From Squalus acanthias (taxonomy: Eukaryota): 64,000 nucleotides of DNA. Every line of letters starts with the position of its first letter. Positions within the stretch are counted from its first letter, which is position 1. The notes under the pieces were generated by a model that made no database searches, was not told where the DNA came from, and saw only the letters and a program-made list of their open reading frames with translations. This document shows positions 1 to 12,925 of the stretch, piece by piece. Position numbers and translations under genes: made by a program. Where the stretch lies: positions 6,758,001 to 6,822,000 of the forward strand of contig CM059452.1 in assembly GCA_030390025.1 (NCBI GenBank), in the 5' to 3' direction.

Positions 1-1080
1 GTTTCCTGGTCGAGTGACCGAGTGTCTGTTCACATGTGCTGATTATGGAGGCCTTGAGTGCAGACCAAGCGCTGTGGACACTTTTGTCTCTGCATTACTG
101 GGAGCCGTCACGTTGTTTTTGAGGCGCAGCCTGAATAGGGCTTTCTCAGCAGGGTGTTTGAGTGCTCCAGCGTTGATTTTCCTGCGCCATTATTTCTGTT
201 GCTGACGCTGTTTTGGGGCTACATTGATGGAGATGACAGAGCAGATTAGGCGGTGGTCTGTCCAGCAGTCGTCAGCTCCTGTCATTGCGCGGGTGATGTG
301 GACATCCTTGCTCGGACGATGACGTAGTCCAGCAGATGCCAGTGCTTGGACCGAGGGTGTTGCCTTGAAGCCTTGTACCTGTCTCTCTGACGGAACAAAG
401 TGTTGGTTTTGACAAGGCCAGGTTCTAAGCATTTCGTCAGGAGAGAACCGTTGGAGTTGGCTTTCCCTACCCCTTCTCTGCCGATCACACCTCCCCAGAG
501 GTCTGTGTCCTTTCCAACTCTGATGTTGAAGTCGCCGAGGAGGATCAGCTTGTCGCCCTTTGGGACTCGGGACAGGGATTGTTGGAGACTGAAGTACACT
601 TCCTCTTTGGTCTCCTCTGTGGCTTCCAGTGTTGGGGCGTATGCACTGATGACCGTAGCGCACTGATTCTGGGCTAGGGTGAGCCGTAGAGTCATGAGGC
701 GTTTGTTTATTCCACAAGGGGAGTCTCTGAGACATTCAACTAGCTCATTTTTTATGGCGAAGCCTATCTCATGGAGACGGCGTTCTTCTTCAGGTTTGCC
801 TTTCCAGAAGAAGGTGTAACCACCACCTTGCTCCTTGAGCTGGCCTTCCCCTGCCCACCGGGTCTCGCTTAGGGCGGCGATGTCCATGTCGAAACGTCTG
901 AGCTCCCGGCTAACAATAGCAGTACGGCCTTCCAGTCTGTCACTGTTGGGGTTGTCCATGAGAGTCCTGACGTTCCAGGACCCGAACTTCATTTTAAAGG
1001 GTGGAAAATGCCTGTGCGTGAATTCTTTTAACGTGGGGTGGCCATTGCACACCAGCTACCACACGGGCTTGACAAAGCAA
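1..1080 (-). mobile_element. RTE/BovB-like LINE, 5' part with apurinic endonuclease domain, frameshifted
   Basis: ORF 282-1052 reads FGSWNVRTL...DIAALSETR...SAYAPT...LLGDFN...LLDYVIVR. The WTDH motif continues in a second frame (ORF 190-735). Confidence 0.8.
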
Positions 1081-1264
1081 TGTCTTGGTCCAATGGAAAG
1101 GGGATCCAAGACGATTGGTGACCAGGCTCTGCTACATCGGCCGAGCACACACACACAAACATACTCCAACTGCCCTCCTCCCTCCTCCCGCAGGTCCTCT
1201 CTGCCTGGGTTTCACACGCTGCAGTGTGGTCCCCCCGACCCCGCTGCTGGTCCACGCTGCGCCA

Positions 1265-1660
1265 CTCCTGGGCCTCGACCTCGCTGCTGGGCTCGTCCTC
1301 GCTCCTGGGCCTCGTCCTCGCTCGTGGGTCCCGACCTCGCTCCTGGGCCCCGTTCTCGCTCCTGGGTCCCGACCTCGCTCCTGGGCTCCGTACTCGTCCC
1401 TGGGCCTCGTCCTCGCTCCTGGGCCTCGACCTCGCCCCTGGGTCTTGTCCTCGCTCCTGGGTCCCGACCTCGCTCCTGGGCCTCGACCTCGCTCCTGGGT
1501 CCCGAACTCGCTCCTGGGCCTCGTTCTCGCTCCTGGATCCCGTCCTCCTTTTCGTGTGTCTCCTTCCAGTGAGTGCGTCCCGCGGTGCGTCTCCTTCTAG
1601 TGAGTGTGTCCCACGGTGCGTCTCCTTCCAGTGAGTGTATCCCGCGGTGCGGCTCCTTCC
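1265..1660. repeat. GC-rich minisatellites (~20 bp gggcctcgacctcgctcctg unit, then ~31 bp cccgcggtgcgtctccttccagtgagtgt unit)
   Basis: Tandem periodicity is visible directly and produces spurious repetitive ORFs in several frames. Confidence 0.85.
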
Positions 1661-1669
1661 ACTTCTCAC

Positions 1670-1797
1670 CTTCACGAGAGTGACGGCAGTGCTGTAGGAA
1701 ATGCTCAGGACGAACAGGATGATGAATGTGGAAGCGGTTGTCCAGATGTTGCCGTTCTCTTCCTCATAGTCTTCAATCGAGATGTGGTCTGAGGAAT
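1670..1797 (-). CDS. IGHM: IgM heavy chain transmembrane exon TM1
   Basis: Acceptor cccgtag and donor gtgaga flank the exon. It encodes (D)SSDHISIEDYEEENGNIWTTASTFIILFVLSISYSTAVTLVK, the conserved Ig CART transmembrane motif. TM2 was not found in the window. Confidence 0.95.
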
Positions 1798-2439
1798 CTA
1801 CGGGGATGTAGAGGCGGAAATATATTAACATCGTTTATTAATCCAAGATATCATATTATTATTATATATTCTCCTTTCTTTTCCTTAAGTTATTAGTTTG
1901 TTCTCTAATTTAATTTTTAATGTGTCTCTTGTGTTAATTTAATCACTCTCAGCAATCTATCTCTGTTCCTAACTCCACAGCCGATCTTCCTTTATGATCC
2001 TCCTAAAGTCCGTGTTGGACAATATGACATTTTTTCTTCAATGACATACGCAAATTGATTTTGCATTAATTTCGTACGATTTATCAGTCGGGAATAATAT
2101 GATAAAATATCGAGGGATGTTTACTGACTAAAATCGATTATTTTAACGACAGGTTTTTATAGATAGTTATTTGGAGACTGTCAAGGGAGCTGGGAAAGAG
2201 ATCAGATGTGAGTTATAATCTTGCTTATTTGTTTCTTATGGCAATGCTCTGAACATAATTAACTTGTATCAGTTTCCAACAAGAACATTGATTCAGTGTA
2301 TGTGTAGGACCAGAATAGAGAAATGTGAGATGTTACGTTATGAGGAATTATTTATTCAGTACAATCGTTGAAGACTGTGTCCGTAAAAACTGCATTTTAA
2401 TTCTACATTCGTCGATAGCCTGACGTTTTTTGGGCGCTT

Positions 2440-2950
2440 TAGTGATTGTGTTTGTGTGTACGACGAACTTTTGTTTTGGATTAGTCTGAGTTTCTGTGTT
2501 AATGTGTGTGTTGATGTGTAAGTGTGTGTGTATTTATGTTTAAGTGTGTGCGTGTTTTGTATAAGTGTTTGTCTATATTTACGTGTCAGCACGTGCGTAT
2601 TTAGGTGCAACTGTGTGTGTTTGCCTGTATGTGTGTGTGTTTGTGTGTAATTGTGTATGTGTTTATGCAAGCGTGTGTGTGTGAATGCGTGTGTTTGTGT
2701 GTGTTTTGTGTAATTGTGTGTGTGTATTTTTGCTATTGTTCAAAGTTTCAGAGAGTACCAATAACTGGGTCTGATAATGACGCTGTGTATTGTATTCTGG
2801 GTATGTGTAATATACGGTGTCAGTGTGTTAATGTGTGTGTTTGTGTGTAAATCTGTGTGTGCTTGTGTGTAAGTGTGCACTTACAATAAACACACATACT
2901 TACACAAAATCGCAAACACACTTACACATAAACACAGACACACTCACTTT
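2440..2950. repeat. Degenerate (TG)n/(CA)n microsatellite
   Basis: TG-rich low-complexity tract followed by an inverted CA-rich tract. Confidence 0.85.
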
Positions 2951-3178
2951 ACACGCATTCTTCCCCGCTCTGTGTAAATGTGTTCTGTGTGAGACGCAAT
3001 GTGACGTCAACCGATGGAGTGCAATAATTCAACCGATGGGCCGCAGAACCATCAGAGACACAACCGTGAGAAACCCGCAGAGGATTCAATCAACATTTAG
3101 ATTTGGACTATTAAAATACAATCTGTTAGTTTACAAATAACAGGGACAGGTTTACTCCCAGCACTTGTTAAAGATAAT

Positions 3179-3902
3179 GGGCCAAAAATTCGGCACTTGC
3201 CGGGTGAGTACGCGCTGTGTGCTCACCCGGGCGGGGCTCCTGAAGTGCCGGTTTCCTGCATGCACTACGCAGGCGCGGGAAAACAGAACTTCCGGTCTCG
3301 TGAAGGGACCGGTTCAGAGGTGAACCGCGTGCGCAGAAGAGGCTCCGCGCACGCAGCGAACTTCGGTTATTTTTCAGGTTTCTCCGGGAGGGTAAGTATT
3401 GAAGAAGCTGTGCTTTTAAAAAGGAGGCGCGAGACCCGTTTTCAACAAGGTAAGTGGTTAATTAATTACAATTTAAATGTTTTTTCAACAGGTTTATCTT
3501 TTTTAGATGCTTTAAAGAAACGTAAGTTTATTTTTAGCACTTTTAAAAAGAATTTAAATTTTTTCAAAAATTTAAATTTTTGTTTAAAGTAGTTAATTTA
3601 TTTAACTTATAGTTATTTTAAAAATGTGATGTTTTTTAAAAATTTATTTGAAGTTTAGGTGTTGTTTTGGGGCCGATTTCAATTCATAGATTTGACAGGT
3701 CTTCCTGTCAAATCATTGAATGAAAGATGGTCTGCTGCCATTGGCTCTCCATGGCCCACGTGATCCCAGGGGACGCATGCAGTTGGGGGAGGCCCAGGAG
3801 CTGAAGTCCCCATGGGCCGAGAGGTCAACGCCATAACACCGTAGGTAGGTGCGCGCGGGATCCTTGCACCCGCGGGATGCCAGGGAGCCTAATTTCTGGG
3901 CC
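3179..3902. mobile_element. Putative non-autonomous DNA transposon (MITE-like)
   Basis: Imperfect terminal inverted repeats gggccaaaaattcggc ... gcctaatttctgggcc, GC-rich ends, AT-rich core, no coding capacity. Confidence 0.45.
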
Positions 3903-4049
3903 AATATGTTGACTAAATATTTATAACACAAAATGATTCCCATGCGGCAAGATTCATGTTTTCGGACATTGAGTTAGAAGCTGACTTACTACTGATGGCA
4001 ACTGAGTTCATATAATTGAGATTGGTTCACCACCCCTCTCTATGATGGG

Positions 4050-5750
4050 AGAGTGGGAGGAACAGTGGGTTCACAATTGCACTTCCCCCTCTCTCTGGTG
4101 AGCGAGTGGGAGGTGCAGTGGGATTACAATTACCCTTTCCCCTCTCTCTGGTGGAGGACTGGGAGGCACAGTGGGTTAAAAATTGACCTTCCCCCTCTCT
4201 CTGGTGAGGGAGCGGGAGGTACAGCGGGTTAACAATTGCCCTTTCCTCTCTCTCTGGTGGGGGAGTCGGGGTACACTGGGTTAATAATTGCCCTTTCCCC
4301 TCTCTCTGGTGGGGTAGTGGGAGGTACAGCGGGTTAACAATTGCCCTTTCCCCTCACTCTGGTGGCAGAGTCGGGGTAGAGTGGATTACCAATTGTCCTT
4401 TCCCCTCTCTCTGTTGCGGGAGTGAGAGGTACAGTGGGTTAACAATTACACTTTCCCCGCTCTCTGGTGGGGGAGTGGGAGTACAGTGGGTTAACAATTA
4501 CCCTTTCGCCTCTCTCTGGTGAGGGAGTGAGAGGTACAGTGGGTTAACATTTACCCTTTCCCCTCTCCCTGGTGGGGGAGTGGGGGTACATTCGGTTAAC
4601 AATTGCCCTTTCCCCTTTCCCTGGTGGGGGAGTGGAGGTAAATTCGGTTAACAATTGCTCTTTCCTCTCTCTCTGGTGGGGGAGTGGGAGGTACAGTGTG
4701 TTAACAATTGCCCTTTCCCCTCTCTCTGGTGGGGGAGTGGGGGGTACAGTGGGTCAACAATTGCCCTTTCCCCTCTCTCTGTTGGGGGAGTGTGAGGCAC
4801 AGTGGGTTAACAATTGCCCCTTCACCTCTCTCTGGTGGGAGAGTGGGAGGTACAGTGGGTTAACAAGTGCCCTTTCCACTCTCTCTGGTGGGGGAGTGGG
4901 GGTACAGTGGGTTAACAATTGCCCTTTCCCCTCTCTCTGGTGGGGGAATGGGAGGTACAGTGGGCTGACAATTGCCGTTTCCCCTCTCTCTGTTGGGGGA
5001 GTGTGAGGCACAGTGGGTTAACAATTGCCCTTTCCCCTCTCTCTGGTGGAGGAGTGGGGAGTACAGTGGGTTAACAATCGCCCTTTCCCCTCTCTCTGGT
5101 GGGGGAGTGGGGGTACAGTGGGTTAACAATTGCCCTTTCCCCTCACTCTGGTGGGGGAGTGGGGGTACAGTGGGTTAACAATTGCCCTTTCCCCTCTCTC
5201 TGGTGGAGGAGTGGGGGGTACAGTGGGTTAACAATCGCCCTTTCCCCTCTCTCTGGTGGGGGAGTGGGGGTACAGTGGGTTAACAATTGCCCTTTCCCCT
5301 CTCTCTGGTGGGGAAGTGGGAGGTACAGTGGGTTAACAATTGCCCTTTCCCCTCTCTCTGGTGGGGGAGTGGGAGGTACAGTGGGTAAACAATTGCCCTT
5401 TCCCCTCTCTCTGGTGGGGGAATGGGGGGTACAGTGGGTCAACAATTGCCCTTTCCACTCTCTCTGGTGCGGGAATGGGGGGACAGTGAGTTAACAATTG
5501 CCCTTTCCCCTCTCTCTGGTGGTGGAGTGGGGCTACAGTGGGTTAACAATTGCCCTTTCCTCTCTCTCTGTTGGGGGAGTGGGGGGTACAGTGGGTTAAC
5601 AATTGTCCTTTCCCCTCTCTCTGCTGGGGGAGAGGGCGTTACAGTGTGTTAACTATTGCCCTTTCCCATCTCTCGGCTGGGGGAGTGGGGGTACAATGGG
5701 TTAATAATTGCCCTTTCCCCTCTCTCTGGAGGAGGAGTGGGGGTACAGTT
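4050..5750. repeat. 52-53 bp minisatellite (~32 copies) in the secretory-to-TM intron
   Basis: Unit gggaggtacagtgggttaacaattgccctttcccctctctctggtgggggagt; period measured at 5176/5229/5281/5334. Confidence 0.95.
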
Positions 5751-6137
5751 CGTGTTCGTGTGTGGCCTCATTTCAGATCGCAGAGGTTGCGATGCTGCAA
5801 AATAAAATTGGCCCCAATTCTGAAGGGTTGGACAACACGAGAAACAGGGACACCGAGACCTAAATGTGCCGCGTTTGTTTGTCGGAAGTGGGAACTTTAC
5901 AGATTCCCCCCAGCGGGAGGAAAGTTGCTGACGTGACTTTGAGGAATCCTGTCATGAAAGAGCTTTAGTCTGTCTCTAACCCGTGGTGTATCTGAGCTGG
6001 GAGCGCTGGCTGTACAAGCCTTGGGCCCGAGACCGGCAAATATCCTGCTTCAGATAAACAGCCCTCCCCTTGGCCAAAATGGGAAACAAAATTAATCGAG
6101 CGGCTGTGTGTGTAACTGACGATTGGAAGAAAAGGCC

Positions 6138-6152
6138 TTTATTGGTTTTATT
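6138..6152 (-). terminator. Two AATAAA polyadenylation signals for secreted IgM mRNA
   Basis: Plus-strand tttatt at 6138-6143 and 6147-6152, about 30-40 bp past the secretory stop codon. Confidence 0.85.
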
Positions 6153-6180
6153 CAAGAACTGAAATGCAATCGAGAAATTC

Positions 6181-6572
6181 TCATTGACAAGAATTGACGG
6201 TGTCCATCAGAACAAGGGAAATGTTGACAAAACTGGGTTTACCGCTGGATTTATTAACCGTTCTGTTGATGATCTTCAAGGGGATCGCTTCATGTCCCAC
6301 CACACAGGAGTAAGAAGCGCCGCTGGCCCACTCCTCCGCTGCAATGGATAACAGGCTGTACATGAAGAAGGAACTGCTGCCGTTCTCCGCCATCACCTCG
6401 GTGTTCTTGTAGTTGCCGGAATTCACCGGCTTGTCATTGACGGTCCACTTGACGAAGATCTCTCGTGGGGAGAAACCTCTCACTAAGCAGGTGAGGCTGA
6501 CGAACCACTGAGCGGAGACTTCTTCTGCCGGGGGCAGGAGGACAGACACGGACGGTTCCCGCGGATCTTTAG
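6181..6572 (-). CDS. IGHM: IgM Cmu4 exon plus secretory tailpiece (internal donor for the membrane form after 6243)
   Basis: Acceptor ttctgcag. Encodes [15 protein letters not shown]...[10 protein letters not shown]...W...YSCVVGHEA...SSG|[19 protein letters not shown], with the penultimate Cys and NIS glycosylation site. Internal G|GTAAAC donor present. Confidence 0.97.
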
Positions 6573-7090
6573 CTGCAGAACAATTACAATAAAGGTCAAT
6601 AAACTGGAGAATTCCAGAGACAATGAAACCGGCGGTTAGATGTGAGAGAAATGTGCTTTGCGCTGAATTTTAAAGGACTCCCTTTTCCCCTCTGTGTCCT
6701 GTCCGGTTTTCCAGCCCGGAGCAGAGGGAGATACAATCCTTCTTTCTGGGAGCTTGAAGAGTTGGAATGGAAAATTACATGGAATTCACATCATAGAAAC
6801 AGACCATTCGGCCCAACTGGTCAATGCCGCTGTTTATGCTCCACACGAGACTCCTCCCACCTTACTTCATCTAACCCTAATAACATATCCTTCTATTCCT
6901 TTTTTCCTCATTGACTTATCCAGCTTCCCTTTAAATGCATCATCTCGGGTCCCAGAGGTTTTAATTAGTGGAATTACCCATTGAATTATCAGAGCAGTCC
7001 ATTAAAACACTGAATAGAACGAATTGGGCCGTGAACAAGCACCAGAAATAGTCACAGAGTCTCACTCATTGCTACAATCTCACCGCTCAC

Positions 7091-7399
7091 CTTTTTCCTT
7101 GTGGATGGAATCTCTTATAGGAGTCGCCATATCCTGATGGCTCACCACGCAGTAGAACTCATCCCCACTCAACCAGGCTTGTGTCGAGATGTTTAAGTTG
7201 CTGATCACACTGTTGGGAGCCTCTCCGGGTTGGACGGCAATCTCTGATTTCAAAGTCTCCTTTTCTCGGGTCCAGGACACGTTGACTCCATAAGGAGCAT
7301 TAGACACGACGCAGGTTAAGGTCACCGTCGCCTCCAGTAAGACCTGTTCCAGTGACGGTTGCGGAAGAGTGATTTCTGGATCGCTGCATGAGGAACCAT
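7091..7399 (-). CDS. IGHM: IgM Cmu3 exon
   Basis: 309 bp phase-1 exon with ag/gt ends encoding [32 protein letters not shown]...W...[22 protein letters not shown]. Confidence 0.95.
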
Positions 7400-8099
7400 C
7401 TGTGAACAGAAATGAAAGTCAAGCAAAGCTTCATCTTCAGAATCAGGACACCAGTATTCAGCCTTCACTCTCTCAGGGAGAATAAATCACCTTTGAGATA
7501 TTAACCTCTCGCTGTTGCATAAACACCATCGTTATTAGAAGGACAAAGAATTGACAACGATTCCGGGAGACTCTTTAACATTTCCTGTGTATTTGCTCCA
7601 TAGCCTCCTGTAATGGGCTGTGAAGCAAATAACCGGCGTAAAAACATTGAATAAATTCGGCCGCAATTTTATTAGGCAGTAAATAGCGCTCTTCCTGAAA
7701 TCCCTTGCTCCTTTACGCCCGTCTATAGATCCTTGTGCCCGAACGCATTCCCGATCATTATAATGGCTCCGCCCCCAGGGTCAAGAGCTCTACACGAAAC
7801 TTACACTGGTTCAAACCGAGTGTCAAATGAAATCCAGAATTTTAGGTGCAACAGGAAACAAAATTAATTTTCTGGTATCTTGTTGCGATTTTGGGGGCGA
7901 TGAAAATGTGCAGGAATCAGTTGCAGCCCCGCCAGAGGAAAAGTGAAAGGTCGGGTGTTGGAATTCCAAGGGGTCCTTTGTGGTGGAGAATAATGTGTAA
8001 TGCCGATGTGAAGTAGTTTGTTCATTTCTGTCATTAGTAAGCATTTAACATGTCTGGTGAGAGAGTCAGAAGGAAATATGACCTCAGGGCAGTAATAGC

Positions 8100-8640
8100 A
8101 ACATGGGAACAGGAGTAGGCCCTTCAGCCCATCCAGTCTGTTCCGCCATTCAATTAGATCACGGTTGATCTACACCTCAACACCATCTACCCGCCTTGTT
8201 TCTGTAACCCTTGATACCCTTGCCTACCAAAGATCTATCAATCTCAGTTTTGAAATTTTCAATTGACTCCCAGCCTCAACAGCATTTGGCGGGGAGAGAG
8301 TTCCAGATTTCGACTGTCCTTTGTGTGAAGAAGTGCTTCCTGACATCACCCCTGAACGGCTCAGTTCTAATTTTAAGGTTATGCCCCTTGTTCTGGACTC
8401 CCGCACCAGAGGAAATAGTTTCTCTCTATCTCCCCTATCAATTCCATGTATCAACTTAAACACCTCAATTAGATCACCTCTTAATCTTCCATAATCAAAG
8501 GAATACGAGCCTATTATGTTCAGCCTCTCCTCATTATTTAACACTTTTATCCCCGGTGTCATTCTATTAAATCTGCACTGCGGCCCCTCCAAGGCCAATA
8601 TATCCATCCTGATGCGCGGTGTCCAGAATTGAACGCAGTT
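8100..8640 (-). mobile_element. CR1 LINE 3' fragment
   Basis: RT C-terminal remnants (RLRGDLIEVFK) and the CR1-type 3' tail (ggcctactcctgttcc...). Confidence 0.8.
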
Positions 8641-8854
8641 CTCCTAAATAGGGTAGATGTCCTTTCTAGCATTGGGTCCCGAGACAGTTACCAGTAAAGG
8701 GTTCCAGACACCTACTGTCGCTCCGAATATGATCAGCCAACTCAGGATAAACCTGAGACCGAGGACACCTCACTCACTGACTGACATCAGAGCAGAAGGA
8801 AACCTTCTTTGGCGAGGTTATGGAATCATGAACCTGAGGTAACCTGATTCAGAG

Positions 8855-9275
8855 AGATCGTGGGTTCAAGTCTCACTCCAGATACTTGAACACATAATGT
8901 AAATTGACACACCCAGTGCAACACTGAGGGAGAGCTGCACTGTCGGAGGTGCCGTCTTTCGCTTGAGAAGTTAAACCGAAGCCCCGTCTGCCCTCTCAGG
9001 TGGACGTCAAAGATCCCATGGCACTATTTCGAAGAAGAGCGGGGGTGTACTCCCCGGTGTCCTGGCCAATATTTATCCCTCAACAAACATCACTAAACAA
9101 CAGGATTATCTGGTCATTATCACATTGCTGTTTGTGGGACTTTACTGTCTGCAAATTGGCCGCCGCGATTTCTACATTACAACAGTGACCACATTTCAGG
9201 AAGGACTTCCTTGGTGGTAAAGCGCTTTGGGACGTCCGGAGGTCGGGAAAGGCGCTATGTAAAGGCAGTTCTTTC
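8855..9275 (+). mobile_element. tRNA-derived DeuSINE-like SINE
   Basis: B-box gggttcaagtc followed by the core tgagggag..ctgcactgtcggaggtgccgtc...gatcccatggcactatttcgaagaagagc. Paralogous copies lie at 44270-44690 (-), 45760-45940, 49203-49360 and 50460-50640. Confidence 0.7.
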
Positions 9276-9583
9276 TTTTATTTTAAATCGGAAGAAAACA
9301 CAAACAGCATGATTGGAAATTAGAAATAGAGCTTTCTCAGGGTAAACCTGAGATTAAGGACACCTCATTCACTGTCTGACATTACAGCTGAGGGAAACCT
9401 TTGGCGAAGTGCTGGAATCCTGAACCGTGAGGAACCCTGAGTCAGCACTGACATCGGAAGGAAACACAAACTGTGTGATTGGAAATTAGAAATAATTCTG
9501 TGCTTTTTACTAATTCCAATAAAAGTCCTGACTGAGATCAGCGCTCAGAATGATCTGGAACTTCTCGGGGTTGTGTCTCTTAC

Positions 9584-9901
9584 CCGGAGATCTGGAGATG
9601 TTTCTGCTTTGGAGGATTCGTTCATGAGTGACCTGGCAGGTATAGACCGAGCCGGCGAACCACTCCCCGGCGGTGAATGTCAGCCGACTGGTCGCCGAGA
9701 AGTTCCCATTCACTTCAAAGACGGGAGAGGTGACGAAGCCCGAATCCATGAGCCGTCCATTCTTCAGCCAATTCACGGTCAGTGACTTTGGACGGAAATC
9801 GATGATTGAACACACGGCGGTTGCATATCTGCTGCTGGTGATTTCTTCATTGGAACTCAGGGTGAGGATCACAGTTGGAGGGACGATGTCCCGTTTCGAA
9901 C
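9584..9901 (-). CDS. IGHM: IgM Cmu2 exon
   Basis: 318 bp exon with ag/gt ends encoding [14 protein letters not shown]...[23 protein letters not shown]...YTCQVTH. Confidence 0.95.
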
Positions 9902-10019
9902 CTTCAAAAGAACACATGTTAATGACATTCCCTATTAAATAAATGATTAAGAAATGCAACGTGTCCTTATAATTTAACAGGTCCTTTACTGTCAGGCTCA
10001 CACTAAACTGGCACTTCCA

Positions 10020-10245
10020 GAGAGCAGAACAGTGCACAGTATTCTAAGAGCGATATGGAGACCGGAACTCGGCACAATACACTAAGTGTGATATGGAGAC
10101 CAGAACTGTGCACAGTATTGTAAATGTGATATGGAGAACAGAACTGTGCACAGTTCACTAAGTGTAATATGGAGACTGGAACTCTGCAAAGTACACTAAT
10201 GTGATATGAAGACCAGAAGTGTGCACAATACTCCAAGTGTGGACT
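10020..10245. repeat. ~40 bp tandem repeat derived from a CR1 RT motif
   Basis: Repeating cacagta...gtgtgatatggagaccagaactgtg; the minus strand resembles the CR1 EYCVQFWSPHY motif. Confidence 0.65.
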
Positions 10246-10320
10246 AAGCAATTTTCTGTAAAAGTTGAACATAACTTCTCTGCTTTTCACAGTTTTCCCC
10301 CTGTATCCCACAACACTAAC

Positions 10321-10620
10321 CTGGCATTTCGACGCTTAAGTCCGACCCACTTTGTCGAACCTGGCAGTAGATGGCGCTGCTCCCCACCTCTGACTCGGTG
10401 ATGGTTAACTGGCTGCTCAGGGTGTAGGTTCCCTTCTTGTTGAACACTGACGGGTAGGTCTTCAATCCAGTGGTGATCGGCTCTTTATCTTTGCTCCAGG
10501 AAAGGCTGGTGATTTCCGGGAAGTAGTCCATCGCCAAACAGCCGTAGGTGACGGGGCCGCCGGTGTTGGGTTGTTCACAGGAGGAGAGCAGGGCGTAGAG
10601 GGTGGGAGGAGACTGTGTCG
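10321..10620 (-). CDS. IGHM: IgM Cmu1 exon
   Basis: 300 bp exon with ag/gt ends encoding [36 protein letters not shown]...W...IYCQVRQ, including the N-terminal Cys for light-chain linkage. Confidence 0.95.
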
Positions 10621-12009
10621 CTGGGAAAGAATGGCCAATTGAACAAGTTAGACTCTGTAATCCGTGCTTATAACATAACCAAACAACTCGAAATGTGACT
10701 ACACGATAAACTAATTCCATCATTTTCCGATCAAAACCTACATCGGCATTTGAGCTTCTGTCAGTTCCATCATAAGCACCTGTCGATCCCCTGGTCAGGA
10801 ACACACCTCTCTGTCCCCGAGCTCTATCACATTACAAAAATAAGAACCTGTGCACGTCACCACGATAAATTATCTTTCATTGGATCATAAAATAGAAGAG
10901 CAGAGACGTTTTCCTAATATTTCGGCCAGCATTTATTTCTCAATCAACGCCACTTTTGTTCATTTATTTCATTGAAGTTTTTGGAAATTTGCTCTGTGCC
11001 AATTGAGTGCTGCGTTTCCCTACAAAACAACAGTGACTACACTTCAAAAGTAACAGCGTAATCCGCGCTTATAAAATTAGCGAAAAAACTCAAAACTTGA
11101 TGAACACAGAATTCAACAGAGAACATTTCCACTGCCTAGTTTCGAAGATTCAAGCTGTAGATAAATCGGGATTGATTCGAATCTATGTCTTTCCTTCTCA
11201 GTGTTTGAGGAAGACCGATGTACTTCAACACACTCTGATTTGTGCTCTATCCCATTCTATTGAATGGATGTCTCCTGAGTTTCCTCCTCCTTCCCACTCA
11301 ATTAATAATCCGCGTTCAATACGGTTCCTAAATCCGGTTTATTGAAGTTTCTCTTTAAAGGCTCCATTTCATTTACCAAAATACCTTCCGACCGCCCACC
11401 AGTGAGAACAGGCGCTGCTTTCTGGGTCGTTACAGTCACTTCTTGTTGCTGTTTGTACGGAACATAATCTAAACATCGGGACATGTTTCTTCACTAAATA
11501 TCTAATATTGGCAATTCTTCAACATTATAAATCTATAGGAGGCGGAGAGCAGTGGTGATCGGATGTGACACTAACTGGATAAAATTATGCAGTGCGGTCC
11601 CCCATTGAAGCAAATAATGGTTTCAAACATAAGGTTCCCATGATGGTTATTTGGAGCGGGAGTCTCGACATTCTCCATTTAAATTCTCAAAATAATTTCC
11701 AGCCTCCCATCAGATCAGAACAGGCGCTGCTTTCTGGAGCGTTACAGTCACTTCCTGAAACTGTTTGTTCTGAAAGTGAGCTCAGGATTAGGCCAATCTC
11801 ATTCAATCATTATCTGATTCTCAAAATGTTTAAATTCATTAAAATTTGGGCATTTGTTTCAGAAATAATGTTAACATCGATTAATGTGCGTTGTTCCATC
11901 TGGGCAATGGAACAATTTATTTGTATATACCTGGCTCGAGCACTCGCAGTTTATTGGTTAGCTGCAGATTAAGGTTCCTTGGAGACTGCCTGACCAAGCA
12001 CCATAATAT

Positions 12010-12925
12010 CAGATACAGCACGGATAAGATAGAGTAACGCTCGCTCTGCTCTACCCTGGCTGTCAGATCAGGTATAGCAAGGGTTGGATGCAGGGTGATG
12101 CTCCTCTACACTGTCCAGTCAGGCACTCCGGGTCAAGTATAGCAAGAGATAGACATATTTTTACACTGCCAGGTCAGATTCAAGACGAGTTAGATAGAGA
12201 ATACAACTCGCTATGCACAGCCCAGTCAAATATTCACGGCTCAAATACAGCAGAAGTTAAATACAGTGTAAAACTCCCTCTACACTGCCCTATCAAACAC
12301 TAAGGTCAGGTGAAGCTCGGATTAGATACAGCTAAAACTTTATCCATACTGTCCCATCAAACATTCCCAGCTCTAGTAAAGCACAGTTTGGAAAAAAATA
12401 AATTTCCCATAAAATGCGTTTTCAAATTGTCCAGGTTGGGGAAAGCACAATTATATACAAAGTAAAGCTTCCCATACACTGTCCCATTAAAGCTTCCCAG
12501 CTCACCAATAGCACTGATTAGATAGAAGGTAAATCTATACTGAAGTTGTCCATCAAACTCTACGTCCTTGTAAATAAAAGGTTATATATTCCCTCTGCAC
12601 TGCCCATCAAACGCATTCAGGGCAGGTACAGCACAGGTTAGATACAGAGTAAAGCTCCCTCTACACTGTCCCATTAAACACTCACAGGGCAGATACAGCA
12701 CGGGTAAGATACAGAGTAAAGCTCCCTCTACATTGTCCCATCAAACACTCCCAGGGCAGGTACAGCACGGGTTAGATACAGAGTAAAGCTCCCTCTACAC
12801 TGTCCCATCAAACACTCCCAGGGCAGGTACAGCATGGATTAGATACAGAGTAAATCTCCCTCTACACTGTCCCATCAAACACTCCCAGGGCAGGCACAGC
12901 ACGGATTAGATACAGAGTAAAGCAT
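12010..12925. repeat. 67 bp minisatellite in the J-C intron (degenerate toward the left)
   Basis: Unit cagggcaggtacagcacgggttagatacagagtaaagctccctctacactgtcccatcaaacactcc; period 12753 to 12820. Confidence 0.9.

Noticed and set aside
1028-1669. Read-through of TM1 giving a long repetitive cytoplasmic tail
   Set aside because: A canonical donor (AAG|gtgaga) sits at the expected TM1 end, and the extension is minisatellite sequence. Intron retention cannot be excluded but has no support here.
4572-5936. Multiple overlapping ORFs
   Set aside because: Frames cycling through the 52-53 bp repeat.
10344-10360. CTCF-like gcagtagatggcgc
   Set aside because: Lies within Cmu1 coding sequence (AIYC) and is explained by codon constraint.
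12010-12925. J-C intron repeat as a class-switch region
   Set aside because: A common-looking 67-bp satellite with low AGCT density; sharks lack canonical switch regions.
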